Numbered from the stretch's first letter, positions 46,601 to 57,136 are shown. The stretch is 64,000 bases of DNA from Deferribacterales bacterium (GCA_050251945.1 JBFWLW010000010.1:1-64000), one strand, 5' to 3'. Notes: generated by a model from the sequence alone, not told the origin. Numbers and translations: made by a program.

Positions 46601-47762
46601 CTATACCCATTTCGGACGCAGACTTTCTGATAAGTGCGAGACCTTCGTCAAGCTCTTCGTATGTGACCGTAAGGGGAGGATATATCCTGATTACGTCGTT
46701 TCCTGCCGGAATGACGATAAGTCCGTTGCTCATGCATTTTTCAATGAATTCCTTCTGCCTGCCGGGAACCTTTATGCCTGACATAAGGGCGAGTCCGTGA
46801 ACGGTTACCTCGGTCTGATAGAATATTTCGTTCAGTTTGCCGAGGAAATAGTCGCCCTTCTCGCGCACATCCTGCATGAAGCCTTTTTCCGTCATAACGT
46901 CAAGAACAGCCATTGCCGCGGCACATGCCAGATAGCCGCCGCCGAAGGTGCTTCCGTGTGTACCTGCGGAAAGGTATTCCGCGATTTCGTGCTTCGCCAT
47001 AACGGCGCCCATGGGGATCCCGTTGGCTATGCCCTTCGCCATTGTTATGATGTCCGGCGTGATACCGAAATGCTTATATGCGAAGATGTCTCCGGTGCGT
47101 CCGAATCCTGTCTGTATCTCGTCGAGAATAAGCAGGATATCGTATTTTGCACAGTACTCGGAAACCTCCACAAGAAAATCTCTGGAGATAGGTTCCAGCC
47201 CGCCTTCGCCCTGTATAAGCTCAAGCATGACAGCCGCCACGTCGCCCTTTTTGACTTCGCTCAGAAATTCGCCGAAGTCGTTCTGTCTGATGTGGACAAA
47301 GCAGTCCATCGTAGGCTCGAAGCCATTTTTGACCTTTTCCTGCCCTGTGGCGGAAAGGGTCATGTATGTTCTGCCGTGGAATGAGTTGTGCAGTGTTATC
47401 ACTCTGCGTCTCTTTCCTTCGTATTTTTTGTTGCCGTATATCCTTGCTATTTTAAGCGCCGCTTCGTTTGCCTCGGCGCCTGAGTTACAGAAGAAAACAT
47501 CACCACCGAAACCGCATCGGCTCAGCCTGTCCGCGAGCTGTTCCTGAATGGGGTTGTGATACAGGTTTGACGTGTGTATCAGCGTCTCCGCCTGTTTCTG
47601 AATGGCTTGTGTTACATGCGGGTGGCAGTGTCCGAGGTTCACCACGGAAATTCCGCACCCGAAATCCAGAAATGATCTGCCGTCTGCTTCGGTAAGCCTT
47701 GCTCCTTCACCTTTTACAAAGGTCAGAGGATACCGTGCGTAGTTCTGAAAAATTGCGGACAT
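46593..47762 (-). CDS. argD: Acetylornithine aminotransferase
   Basis: NSGAEANEAA, FHGRT, DEIQTGFGRTG and HGSTFGG; operon with argF and argG. Confidence 0.95.
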   Translation of the reverse strand: MSAIFQNYARYPLTFVKGEGARLTEADGRSFLDFGCGISVVNLGHCHPHVTQAIQKQAETLIHTSNLYHNPIQEQLADRLSRCGFGGDVFFCNSGAEANEAALKIARIYGNKKYEGKRRRVITLHNSFHGRTYMTLSATGQEKVKNGFEPTMDCFVHIRQNDFGEFLSEVKKGDVAAVMLELIQGEGGLEPISRDFLVEVSEYCAKYDILLILDEIQTGFGRTGDIFAYKHFGITPDIITMAKGIANGIPMGAVMAKHEIAEYLSAGTHGSTFGGGYLACAAAMAVLDVMTEKGFMQDVREKGDYFLGKLNEIFYQTEVTVHGLALMSGIKVPGRQKEFIEKCMSNGLIVIPAGNDVIRIYPPLTVTYEELDEGLALIRKSASEMGIGE

Positions 47763-47817
47763 TTTTTACTCCTAAAAGATGAGTTCTGAACATTGTCCGG
47801 CGTATCAGCGCAGTGGT

Positions 47818-47890
47818 GAGATCGCCGCGTCGCTACGCTTCTCGCGAAGACGAAAATACGTCTCTGCGAGGGCTTGTCCCGAAACAGTCT
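47818..47890. repeat. REP doublet upstream of argD
   Basis: AGATCGCCGCG...TCGCGAAGAC plus GTCTCTGCGAGGG...AACAGTCT. Confidence 0.8.
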
Positions 47891-48216
47891 CATTAATTAT
47901 GAGGCTGAAGATTACTTAGCCGAACGCTGTTCGGGAAAGCTCTATTAAAAGCACATTTGTAATGGTAATTCAAGGATTTTTCCCTGTTGTTAAGTATGCC
48001 TGTATAAAAATAACAAGATTTTAAATTTTGGTGTTATAATTAAACATAAAAACATGTGTCCCGATTATTTCTTTTGAAGCCGTACGGTGCTGATCCGGCG
48101 GCGAGGAGCTATGCATGATATCCACTATGTCGCCTTTAATGGTACTTTTGCTTGCCTGCATTTCTGCGGGCGTGTGTCTGGCTGTGTATCTGACTTTTGG
48201 CAAGAAAAGATAACGG

Positions 48217-48945
48217 ATGAAGCAGGCTGCGGTGAACTTATTGCTGTTCCTCTCGATTTTCTACTTTGCAATACTTTCGTCGTGGTACGTATGCTATTCC
48301 AACGACTTCTGTTATCCCATCGCGTATGTAACAGCGGACATGGGCGAAAAGATACAGGAGAGCGTGCAGTCAGATGAAAAATATGCGGCCTTCGCTTCGG
48401 CGGACGCGGGGCAAAGCATAGGTCTTTTCCATCGCCTCCTGAAATGTATCGAGAAAAACGGAGAAGGTCTTAATGAATTGTCCTATACAGACAGCGGCGG
48501 AATACGCCGCAGGTTTCTGAATTCCGCCGAGGCGGAGAGCCTTAACGGTATCGCCGATATGCTTGCACTTCTCAGGAGCATGTTCCGTCCTTTTTTTCTG
48601 CTTCTGGTTCTTGTCTGCGGGTATATGGCGGTAGTAAAAGTGCGCCCTTACGCATGGAGACAGACAGACCGCACATTGTCTTATATTTTTACCGCCTTCA
48701 CGGCGGTTTTTTACGTTTACGGGTTCGACAGGCTTTTGAATTTTATACAGAAAATTATCTTCGGAAGCGGTTTTGAACTGTTGTTCCGCGATGGCAGAGG
48801 TCTTCTTTCGCTGGTCGTGCCTTACCCCTCAATGTATTTTTTTCTGTGGGGGCTTTTTCTGCTGACGGCGCTTGGGTGTTTCGGTCTGTATTATCTGCTG
48901 ACGGGTGCGGTTGTGAACTTTTTTATCGGTAAAAAGTATCAGTGA
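48217..48945 (+). CDS. Multi-pass membrane protein, weakly DUF1461/Lit-like
   Basis: N-terminal TM helix, periplasmic loop and three C-terminal TM helices. Confidence 0.6.
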   Translation: MKQAAVNLLLFLSIFYFAILSSWYVCYSNDFCYPIAYVTADMGEKIQESVQSDEKYAAFASADAGQSIGLFHRLLKCIEKNGEGLNELSYTDSGGIRRRFLNSAEAESLNGIADMLALLRSMFRPFFLLLVLVCGYMAVVKVRPYAWRQTDRTLSYIFTAFTAVFYVYGFDRLLNFIQKIIFGSGFELLFRDGRGLLSLVVPYPSMYFFLWGLFLLTALGCFGLYYLLTGAVVNFFIGKKYQ

Positions 48946-49798
48946 CGTTTCCGTTTTCGTCCATTATCTTTTTGAATCTTTTATGAAGCAGATACCACTG
49001 GTCGGGATATTTGCTTATGATATCCTCGTATACCCCGTTCACCCTGCGCGCAACGTCGTATATTCGCTCCTTGGGCTTAAGGTTCATGTCGGGGGATATT
49101 CTCGGATATATAACCATCTTGTATGACTTTTCCGTGCGTATCAGAAATACGGGCTGAATGTCGGTGTTTCTGCGGACGGAGAGCATGGGGATGCCCTTTA
49201 TGAATGTTGTGTTCAGTCCGAAAAAGGGAACGAAGATGCTGTCCTTCTGTACAGCAGAATGATCCAGCAGTGAGCCGACGTTTATGCCCTTTCCCAGCAG
49301 TTCCGGCACCATTTCTGCGACGTATCTGTGACCTATGTGGATGAGACGGTCGTTCTCTCTCTGTCTTACAAGGAAATCGTTTATTCTGCTGTCTTTCATC
49401 TTCCGTCCGATTACGCCGCACTTTGTATCGAACAGGATAGTGAAGAAAATAGCGGAAAGCTCCCAGCAGCCTATGTGGGCACCGATCAGGAAATAGCTTT
49501 TGGCAGTGTTGATTGATGCGCCGCCGACATATTCGACCTCTATTTCGTCAGCCATCCCGGGTTTTATCCTGTGGCTGTACATTGATTCTGCAAATGTTGC
49601 GAAACTGTGCCTGAAGGAGCTTTTTGCGACCGCTTTCGGGTCTTTGGCTCCGATAACTTCAGCGTTCTTTTCCGCAACTTTCCGGCGTGACGGGCTGGCA
49701 TAATAATAAAGCGTTCCGAATGCCATGCCTATCCGGCGCAGGTTTCTGAAGGACAGCAGGGATGACAGTGCGAAAAGAAGTCTAACCAGCGGATACAC
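48923..49798 (-). CDS. Lipid A late acyltransferase (LpxL/HtrB family)
   Basis: AHIGCWE, LLDH, VPFFG and YPDQWYLLHKRFK. Confidence 0.9.
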   Translation of the reverse strand: MYPLVRLLFALSSLLSFRNLRRIGMAFGTLYYYASPSRRKVAEKNAEVIGAKDPKAVAKSSFRHSFATFAESMYSHRIKPGMADEIEVEYVGGASINTAKSYFLIGAHIGCWELSAIFFTILFDTKCGVIGRKMKDSRINDFLVRQRENDRLIHIGHRYVAEMVPELLGKGINVGSLLDHSAVQKDSIFVPFFGLNTTFIKGIPMLSVRRNTDIQPVFLIRTEKSYKMVIYPRISPDMNLKPKERIYDVARRVNGVYEDIISKYPDQWYLLHKRFKKIMDENGNVTDTFYR

Positions 49799-51005
49799 TT
49801 GTCACCACCTCTTTTATTTTCGCCATTATGCCTTTCTGCTGTGTGTCGATTTCGCTGAAAAAGCCTTTGAAGTCCGCTTCGTCCAGCGGTGACGTGATAT
49901 AGAGGGATATATCGTCAGCGTTGCCGACTGTTACAGCAGCATTGTATTTTGCCGCCATTGAAAAAATCTCTCTGAAATTTGCCATATTGGAACCCACGCA
50001 GACCTGTTTTTCAAACATTGCCGCCTCGTAAATATTGTGTCCGCCGGTATTGTCCAGCGAGCCGCCTACGAATATTCTGTCGGACATTGCGTAAAGCTCG
50101 TCCAGCGTTCCGAATCTGTCTGAAACTATGACCAGAGTATCGGGATTTTGTTCTGTCAGCCTGCTGACGGTCAGTCCCGCTTTTTCCGCAAGGATAACAA
50201 CGTCGCCCACGCGGTTCATGTGTCGGGGCGCGATGACGAGCCTGCCGTCGTAGCCGCTCTTTTTAAAGGCTTCGATTATGATATCCTCTTCGCCTCTGTG
50301 GGTGCTTGCTGCGGAAAATATCTTATATCCTCGGAGATACGCGTATTCTTTCGGTTCCGGTTTCGGTTTGCGCGTCTGAAATTTTATATTGCCCAGTGTC
50401 TCTATGTTTTCCTCTGTGCCTGTAACGGCGGTGAATCTGATTGTGTCTTCAGGGCTTTTCGTATAGATGGTCTGAAATTTCCTGAGAAGCGGTGCGAACA
50501 CGAAGCGGAAGCGGACGTAGCTTTTTGCGCTCCGGTCTGACATTCTGGCGTTAAGCATGAACAGTTTCGTGTGTTTTGCCGCGGAGTTTATCAGATTGTA
50601 CCACAGTTCAGTGTCGATGATTATGAGCGCCCGTACGTTCATGTAATGGATAATGTGCGCCACTGCCAGCGAGTTTTCGATGGGCAGAAGAAAGGCGTGA
50701 TAAGGCAGAATGATCCGCTGTGCCTCCTGTTTGCCTGTGGCTGTTGTGGTGCTTACTATTATTCTGAGGTCGGGGAAATCCGACTTTATCATATCTGTGA
50801 TCAGTTTGAGACTGCGCACTTCGCCGACGCTTGCGCAGTGGAACCAGATGCTTTTTGAGGTCGGTTCGGGAAATGTGACAAATCCCAGCCGTTCAAAGAA
50901 ATCGCCGTCCTCTTTTTTCTTAAGGGCAATGAGATACCCTATCGGCATCAGAAAGGGGATAAGGATGAAAAGTATTATGTTATAAAATATTTTTACAATC
51001 AGCAC
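49782..51005 (-). CDS. waaA: Kdo transferase
   Basis: WFHCASVGE, NARMS, ASTHRGE, APRH and GGHNIYE. Confidence 0.95.
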   Translation of the reverse strand: MLIVKIFYNIILFILIPFLMPIGYLIALKKKEDGDFFERLGFVTFPEPTSKSIWFHCASVGEVRSLKLITDMIKSDFPDLRIIVSTTTATGKQEAQRIILPYHAFLLPIENSLAVAHIIHYMNVRALIIIDTELWYNLINSAAKHTKLFMLNARMSDRSAKSYVRFRFVFAPLLRKFQTIYTKSPEDTIRFTAVTGTEENIETLGNIKFQTRKPKPEPKEYAYLRGYKIFSAASTHRGEEDIIIEAFKKSGYDGRLVIAPRHMNRVGDVVILAEKAGLTVSRLTEQNPDTLVIVSDRFGTLDELYAMSDRIFVGGSLDNTGGHNIYEAAMFEKQVCVGSNMANFREIFSMAAKYNAAVTVGNADDISLYITSPLDEADFKGFFSEIDTQQKGIMAKIKEVVTSVSAG

Positions 51006-51609
51006 TTGTTGCTTCCATCATTTTTTTCTGCACTTCGGAAAGTTCCGCGTCAGTGGTCTCTTTGTCAAGAGAGTCTGAAACGTAAATCGGTTCGGCAAAC
51101 GTCAGGGTTATGCGCGAAAAAGGTTTGGGTATGATAAGATTGTCCCAGCTTCGTGTCCGCCAGAATCTTTTGCAGTCCATCATGATCGGGACAATAATTC
51201 TGTCCGATTTTTTTGCCAGATACAGCCCGCCTGCTTTCACCTGATATTTCGGACCTTTCGGACCGTCCGCAGCCATAGCCCCGTGCCACCCTTTTTCCAT
51301 CCACCTGAGCATTTCAAGAGTGCCTGCCGCCGCACCCTTTGAAGATGATGCGCGCACAACTTTGTTATTGCCCATCGCCTCCGCCACAGGTGCGAAGAGA
51401 TCTCCGTCTTTGCTTCTGGATATCATCGTAACAAATTTATATTTTTTGTTTTTAAAACCGACTATTCCTATAAGCTGATTGTGCCACACCAGAAAAACAG
51501 CTCTTTTGTTTTCTGTCAGCTTATCGAACTCTTTGAGTCCTTTGCAACTGTATCTGAAAGTGGACAGGTACATCTTAACAAGTATTTTAACAAGAAATAC
51601 TTTTATCAT
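50980..51609 (-). CDS. DUF374 / LpxJ-like lysophospholipid acyltransferase
   Basis: WH, SRSKDG, DGPKGP and SWDNLIIPKPF. Confidence 0.88.
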   Translation of the reverse strand: MIKVFLVKILVKMYLSTFRYSCKGLKEFDKLTENKRAVFLVWHNQLIGIVGFKNKKYKFVTMISRSKDGDLFAPVAEAMGNNKVVRASSSKGAAAGTLEMLRWMEKGWHGAMAADGPKGPKYQVKAGGLYLAKKSDRIIVPIMMDCKRFWRTRSWDNLIIPKPFSRITLTFAEPIYVSDSLDKETTDAELSEVQKKMMEATSADCKNIL

Positions 51610-51695
51610 ATCCGCACAATATATGAATGCACACGGCTATGCAAATACAATTTTTCTGTTGCACCTGTTCAGTGGGAAATGGTAAAAACCATGTT

Positions 51696-52226
51696 ATGGA
51701 AATCAGAGGCACAACCGTTATAGCGGTAAAAAAAGACGGAAAGACCGCCATTGGTGCGGACGGACAGGTGACATTCGGAAACACTGTGCTTAAGCACAAT
51801 GCGAAGAAGGTCAGGAAGGTTTACAACAACAAGGTTCTCTGCGGGTTCGCGGGGTCAACTGCGGACGCTTTCACCCTTATGGAGCGGTTCGAGGCAAAGC
51901 TTGAACAGCACGGCGGGCAGCTTCTGCGCGCGGCGGTGGAACTTGCCAAGGACTGGCGCACCGACAGATATCTGCGCAAACTGGAAGCAATGATGGTGGT
52001 GGCCGACGGCAAAGAACTTTATATTATTACAGGCAACGGAGACGTTGTTGAACCGCAGAAAGGAGTGGCGGCAATAGGTTCCGGCGGACCCTACGCGCAG
52101 GCGGCTGCAACGGCTCTCTCCGAAAATACCGAACTTTCCGCATTGCAGATTGTCGAAAAGGCACTGCGTATAGCTGCGGATATCTGCATATATACGAACG
52201 ACAACCTGACCATTGAGGAGATCTAG
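51696..52226 (+). CDS. hslV: ATP-dependent protease subunit HslV
   Basis: [21 protein letters not shown] and ADICIYTN. Confidence 0.97.
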   Translation: MEIRGTTVIAVKKDGKTAIGADGQVTFGNTVLKHNAKKVRKVYNNKVLCGFAGSTADAFTLMERFEAKLEQHGGQLLRAAVELAKDWRTDRYLRKLEAMMVVADGKELYIITGNGDVVEPQKGVAAIGSGGPYAQAAATALSENTELSALQIVEKALRIAADICIYTNDNLTIEEI

Positions 52227-53545
52227 TGGAAGACTACACCCCAAAAAAGATAGTTGAAGAACTCGATAAGTATGTGGTGGGGCAGCATAATGCCAAAAAG
52301 GCGGTCGCCATCGCCCTGAGAAACAGATACAGAAGAATGCAGCTGCCGAAGGCAATTCAGGAAGAGATAGCTCCGAAAAACATAATTCTCATCGGACCCA
52401 CCGGCGTCGGAAAGACAGAAGTGGCGCGAAGACTTGCCAAGCTGGCAAAATCCCCGTTCATAAAGGTTGAGGCGAGTAAATACACCGAAGTGGGATACGT
52501 CGGGCGCGACGTTGAAAGCATGGTGCGCGACCTGATGGAGATAGCCGTCGGCATGGTTCGCGACGAAAAGAAAACGTCTGTCATGGACAAAGCGAAGCTG
52601 AACGCAGAGGAGAGACTTCTCGATCTGCTCATTCCGCCCACGACAGGCTTTGCGGAACAGGAGACGGGAACGCGTGAAAAATTCCGCGTGAAACTTCGAG
52701 ACGGCGACCTTGAAGACCGTATAGTCGAAGTGGATGTTGAGGACGCGGCTCCAAATGTTGAGGTATTTACGAATATCGGCATGGAGGATATGTCCTCCGG
52801 CATTTCGGACATGATGAAAAACATCTTTCCTGTGAAAAAACGTAAAAGAAAGATGAAGATCAGCGAGGCTCGCGGTATACTTGAAATGCAGGAATCGGCG
52901 CGCCTTATAGATATGGATGACGTTAAAGACGTCGCCAGACAGAGGGTGCAGCAGAGCGGCATTATTTTTCTGGACGAGATTGATAAGATATGCGCATCTG
53001 CTTCGTCCGGTGCAAAGGGCGGCGACATCTCCCGCGAAGGGGTGCAGCGCGACCTTCTGCCCATCGTCGAAGGTTCCAACGTGAACACGAAATACGGCAT
53101 GGTGCGTACGGATCATATACTTTTTATAGCGGCAGGTGCTTTCCACACCGCAAAACCTACAGACCTTATCCCCGAGCTTCAGGGACGTTTCCCTATCAGG
53201 GTTGAGCTTGAACCGCTGACAGCGGAAGATTTCATCCGCATACTGAAAGAACCGCAGAACAGCCTCACAAAGCAGTACAGCTCGCTTCTCGGCGCAGACG
53301 GCGTTGATGTGGAGTTTACCGAAGACGGCATCGAACGCATAGCGCAGATGGCGGACGAACTTAACCGCTCTCTGGAAAACATCGGTGCAAGAAGACTTTA
53401 TACCATAGTTGAAAAATTGCTTGAGGAAGTTTCCTACGAAGCTCCGGAGATTGAGTGCAGGAAGATTACCGTGGATGCGGCATACGTTGACGGGCATCTT
53501 GCGGAAATAGTTAAGGACAGAGATCTCAGCAGATATGTGCTGTAA
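52226..53545 (+). CDS. hslU: ATP-dependent protease ATPase subunit HslU
   Basis: [24 protein letters not shown] and ENIGARRL. Confidence 0.98.
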   Translation: MEDYTPKKIVEELDKYVVGQHNAKKAVAIALRNRYRRMQLPKAIQEEIAPKNIILIGPTGVGKTEVARRLAKLAKSPFIKVEASKYTEVGYVGRDVESMVRDLMEIAVGMVRDEKKTSVMDKAKLNAEERLLDLLIPPTTGFAEQETGTREKFRVKLRDGDLEDRIVEVDVEDAAPNVEVFTNIGMEDMSSGISDMMKNIFPVKKRKRKMKISEARGILEMQESARLIDMDDVKDVARQRVQQSGIIFLDEIDKICASASSGAKGGDISREGVQRDLLPIVEGSNVNTKYGMVRTDHILFIAAGAFHTAKPTDLIPELQGRFPIRVELEPLTAEDFIRILKEPQNSLTKQYSSLLGADGVDVEFTEDGIERIAQMADELNRSLENIGARRLYTIVEKLLEEVSYEAPEIECRKITVDAAYVDGHLAEIVKDRDLSRYVL

Positions 53546-53556
53546 TTTTTAATATA

Positions 53557-53634
53557 AAATCCCTCCAAACCTCCCTTTTATAAAGGGAGGCTTAAATGCT
53601 CCCTCCTTTGACAAAGGAGGGTTGGGGTGGATTT
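53557..53634. repeat. Second REP-like family (AAATCCCTCCAAACCTCCCTTT / AAAGGAGGGTTGGGGTGGATTT), doublet
   Basis: Two inverted palindromic units that recur at 57037-57136. Confidence 0.85.
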
Positions 53635-53670
53635 TCTTATAATAGCTAACTAACACCGAGGTATAAATTA

Positions 53671-55275
53671 ATGAAGAAACTGATATTTATTCTGGTTCTG
53701 ATGATTCCTCTGGCGGCTTTTGCCAGATTTGAAAAACTGGTCAGCGACATAGATGTTATGTTTGCCAAGATGTCCGGATACGTTGTCAGCTCCGAAGGAG
53801 ATGCCGTTTACACAGACCTTGGCAGGGACAAGGGCGTTTATAACGGTATGACCCTGAAAGTATACAGAGAGAACGAACCCATTATCCATCCCATCACAGG
53901 TGAGGTTCTGGGCAATAAGAAACTTTACGTCGGCGACCTTAAGATAACCGACGTTCAGGAAAAATTCTCTTCCGGTGTCATGACTGTTCAGCAGAGAGCG
54001 CCGCAGAAAGGCGATATAGCAATAGTCACTCCTCCGGTGGATGTTACTGTCAGCATAGAGGAGATGCCTAAACGTCTCGACGTGCTTCTGCGCGAGGATC
54101 TCAGCAAGGCGAACAATATCGTTGTAAAAGATAAGGCAAGACTTGGAATCACCTTTACCCAGAAGGAAGAAGGCGGTATCGAATATAAGATAACCGATTC
54201 TGTGAACAAGACGGTAATCTATTCAAAATACTTCTCTGACGTTGATACGCAGGAAGGGCAGAACATGAACGCCGCAAAGGATATCGTCACCGGCAATCCT
54301 ATCGACAAAGCATACAAAAGCATGGCAGTCGGACATATCAAAAAAGACGACAAAATATACATAGTGACTGCAACAGAAAAGGCAGTTGACTTTTATACCT
54401 TCGACGGCAAAGGTTTCAAGCCTGCGGGTTCTATTGATGCGAAACTCAGAGACATCCAGCACGTTGAGGTTGCTGACCTGAACGGTAACGGTATTGAAGA
54501 GATATTCGTTGTTACTGTAGTTGACGATCAATATGTGAAAACTAAAGTTTTTGAGTTTGACGGTAATAAATTCAAAGAGACCGAAGACAATATTCCCTTC
54601 ATCCTGCGTACTGCATATGTGAAAGGTGTAAAGAAAATAGTTGCACAGCGCATCGGACAGGACGGAACCTATCTCGGCAACGTTCAGGAGCTTGTGTGGC
54701 GCGACGGAAAATATGAAAGAGGTCAGGTTGTTTCTCCCGCTAAAGGCATTAATATTTATGGCTTCGGATACGCGGATATTGACGGTGACGGAACCGACGA
54801 GGTCTTTAATATAAACGAAGATTACAAAATTGACGTTTACAACGGTTCTGCCAGAAAATACACCTCTGTTGAGGAGTTCGGACAGACGCCTTATTACTTC
54901 ACCATGGAAATGGAGAAAGAGGATCAGTTTAAAACAACTGAAAACGACGACCCGTTCATTACTGAAAAGAACAAAAAATACATCAAGGGAAGGGTCTTTG
55001 TTAACTCCGACGGCAATATATACGTTGTGAAAAACTCTGAAAAATATAAGATGCTGAATAAGATGAAGGTCTACGGTTCTTCATACTTCACCATCTTTGG
55101 ATGGGACGGCAGAAGACTGCGTCAGGTATGGTCTTCCGATGTGTTCCAGCCCGTCATAGTTGACTATTTCATGTACGAGGAGTTCGGCAGAACCTATCTG
55201 TTCATGCTCAGAAACTATTCAGACGGTATATTCAGCGGCGACAGGTCGGAACTTATATATATAGAAACAAAATAA
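53671..55275 (+). CDS. Secreted protein with an FlgT C-terminal-like N domain and FG-GAP/VCBS repeats
   Basis: Signal peptide; VYTDLG...HPITGEVLG; DLNGNGIEEI and DIDGDGTDEV. Confidence 0.8.
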   Translation: MKKLIFILVLMIPLAAFARFEKLVSDIDVMFAKMSGYVVSSEGDAVYTDLGRDKGVYNGMTLKVYRENEPIIHPITGEVLGNKKLYVGDLKITDVQEKFSSGVMTVQQRAPQKGDIAIVTPPVDVTVSIEEMPKRLDVLLREDLSKANNIVVKDKARLGITFTQKEEGGIEYKITDSVNKTVIYSKYFSDVDTQEGQNMNAAKDIVTGNPIDKAYKSMAVGHIKKDDKIYIVTATEKAVDFYTFDGKGFKPAGSIDAKLRDIQHVEVADLNGNGIEEIFVVTVVDDQYVKTKVFEFDGNKFKETEDNIPFILRTAYVKGVKKIVAQRIGQDGTYLGNVQELVWRDGKYERGQVVSPAKGINIYGFGYADIDGDGTDEVFNINEDYKIDVYNGSARKYTSVEEFGQTPYYFTMEMEKEDQFKTTENDDPFITEKNKKYIKGRVFVNSDGNIYVVKNSEKYKMLNKMKVYGSSYFTIFGWDGRRLRQVWSSDVFQPVIVDYFMYEEFGRTYLFMLRNYSDGIFSGDRSELIYIETK

Positions 55276-55554
55276 GAGAAATGGATTTTTCTAAAGTTTA
55301 TATAGATATAGGCGATTGTGTAAAAACAGTTCGGATGTTTGACAATTTAACGGTTTATTTCCGGTTTAACCCAATAGTTAATGCTTTGTACGAGAAATAT
55401 GCGGAAGTGATTGACAAAAAACGCACATTTTTTTGACTTGCGTTTAAGTCGTTTTGGGTTTAAATATGCTTTCGCGGATGTTTCGACAGTTGACAGAGAA
55501 CACTTTTCCGGTTAACTATGTGCTGGTTAAAGTAAAAAAAAAGTTGTTTTGATG

Positions 55555-55583
55555 TTGACACGGCAATTTTTGCGTGGTAGCAT
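55555..55583 (+). promoter_or_regulatory. Sigma70 promoter of the porin gene
   Basis: TTGACA-N17-TAGCAT with an extended -10 TG. Confidence 0.65.
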
Positions 55584-55676
55584 CTAAACGATTATAATAG
55601 TAGCGGTAACCCCGCAGGCTAAGAGAACAAAAGGTTACCAAAGACCTTTAAAGTAAAACCTACAGGAGGAAATGAT

Positions 55677-56879
55677 ATGAGGAAACTTTTAGTGGCTCTC
55701 ATGATGGTAGCTTTCGCAGCTACAGCTTTCGCAGCTGATATTACATTCAGCGGTTCTTATGAAGTTGACGGTAAATACGAGAAGAACTACAATCTTGCAA
55801 GTGAAGATGTAGGCACAAGCCAGTACTATGAGCATGACTTCGACCTTTGGATGAATGTTCAGACTGACAAAGACACATTCTTCAAAACAAAACTTGAACT
55901 GCTCGATGGTGACTGGGTTTCTTCTGCCGGCGGCAAAGACTCTGTTTACCAAGACAGCGACCACACTCAGTTCTCTGTACAGAGAGCTTGGCTCGGTCAC
56001 AAATTCGACGGCGTACTTGTTGAAGCTGGTCTTATGAACTCCGGTACATGGGGTTATGCTTTCGCTGACGACGCTGAAGGCAACTACAGAGTTAAAGCTA
56101 CTTTCGACGTAGCCGGCGGCAAACTTTCCATCCTCACTCAGAAATCTGCTGAGCTGAGCGACGGAACTAAAGATTCCAACAAAGATGACTCCGATAAATA
56201 CTCTATCGGCTACAAAGGCACTTTCGGCGGAATCCTTGTTGCTCCTAAACTTGACTATGACATCAAATCAAACTCTGATGTTGACGGCGGCTTCGATGGA
56301 AAAGACACAAAAGTTCTTGACCTTGACGTAGCAGCCGGCGGCAAATTCGGTGCTATCAACCTTGAAACTGAGTTCAAATACAGCAACATCACTTATGCTG
56401 ATGAAGTTGCAAGCACAACTCAGCAAGACTATGACCTTTTCGGTATCTACGCTAACGTTAACTATAACTACGGCGCAGGCGTTGTAGGTTTCCTGACTGC
56501 TTACGGTTCAGCTGACAAAGACGCTCAGAAAGGTTTCGACTTTGACGACGACTTCGACTCAACTTTCATCCTTGGTGATGATCTTGGTCTTGGCGGCGGC
56601 GATGACCTTACTGGTTTCTGGGCAAACGCTCTGTACGCAACTTACGATGTTAACGAAAAACTTAACCTGATGGGTAAAATTGCTTATGCAACTTCTAACT
56701 GGGAAGACAACGCCCTTGAAGATGCATCTGCATGGGAAATTGACGGTGCTGCTACTTACGCAATCACAAAAGAACTTAGCTACTACTTCAACGTAGGTTA
56801 CGCTATGGTTGACCTTGATGCATCTGAAGATCCCGACGATCTTATCCTTGTTAAACACGGTCTGATCCTTAGCTTCTAA
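55677..56879 (+). CDS. Major outer-membrane porin-like beta-barrel
   Basis: Signal peptide, alternating beta strands, C-terminal Phe, strong high-expression codon bias and an AGGAGG SD. Confidence 0.85.
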   Translation: MRKLLVALMMVAFAATAFAADITFSGSYEVDGKYEKNYNLASEDVGTSQYYEHDFDLWMNVQTDKDTFFKTKLELLDGDWVSSAGGKDSVYQDSDHTQFSVQRAWLGHKFDGVLVEAGLMNSGTWGYAFADDAEGNYRVKATFDVAGGKLSILTQKSAELSDGTKDSNKDDSDKYSIGYKGTFGGILVAPKLDYDIKSNSDVDGGFDGKDTKVLDLDVAAGGKFGAINLETEFKYSNITYADEVASTTQQDYDLFGIYANVNYNYGAGVVGFLTAYGSADKDAQKGFDFDDDFDSTFILGDDLGLGGGDDLTGFWANALYATYDVNEKLNLMGKIAYATSNWEDNALEDASAWEIDGAATYAITKELSYYFNVGYAMVDLDASEDPDDLILVKHGLILSF

Positions 56880-56900
56880 TCACTAACGTGATTCAAATAG

Positions 56901-56932
56901 AAAGGCTCGTCAATGCGACGAGCCTTTTTTTT
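56901..56932 (+). terminator. Intrinsic terminator after the porin gene
   Basis: AAAGGCTCGTC-AATGC-GACGAGCC-TTTTTTTT. Confidence 0.88.
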
Positions 56933-56997
56933 GCGCTTTTTGCTGTTTTAACCTTCGCACTTCTGCGTTGTCTCAACCGTGAAAACGAAAGCAAACA

Positions 56998-57136
56998 GTC
57001 TCTGCGAGGAGCGGAGCGACGCGGCAGTCTCATCTTCTCCCCCTCCTTTAACAAAGGAGGGTTGGGGTGGATTTTGTTTTACAGTGCTGTAGGAAATCAA
57101 ATCCCTCCAAACCTCCCTTTGTCTAAAGGGAGGCTT
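56998..57136. repeat. Mixed REP cluster: a family-1 unit (56998-57030) and a family-2 doublet (57037-57136)
   Basis: Direct sequence match to the two families described above. Confidence 0.82.

Noticed and set aside
52223..53497. Long antisense ORFs (e.g. 52223..53497, 25453..26406, 5238..6077, 46948..47547)
   Set aside because: They lie opposite well-conserved genes and have no motifs; typical codon-bias shadows.
55600..55620. c-di-GMP-I riboswitch (the reverse strand reads GCGGGGTTACCG)
   Set aside because: Wrong orientation for the porin gene, and the GGCAAAC / GAAA-tetraloop P2 elements are absent.
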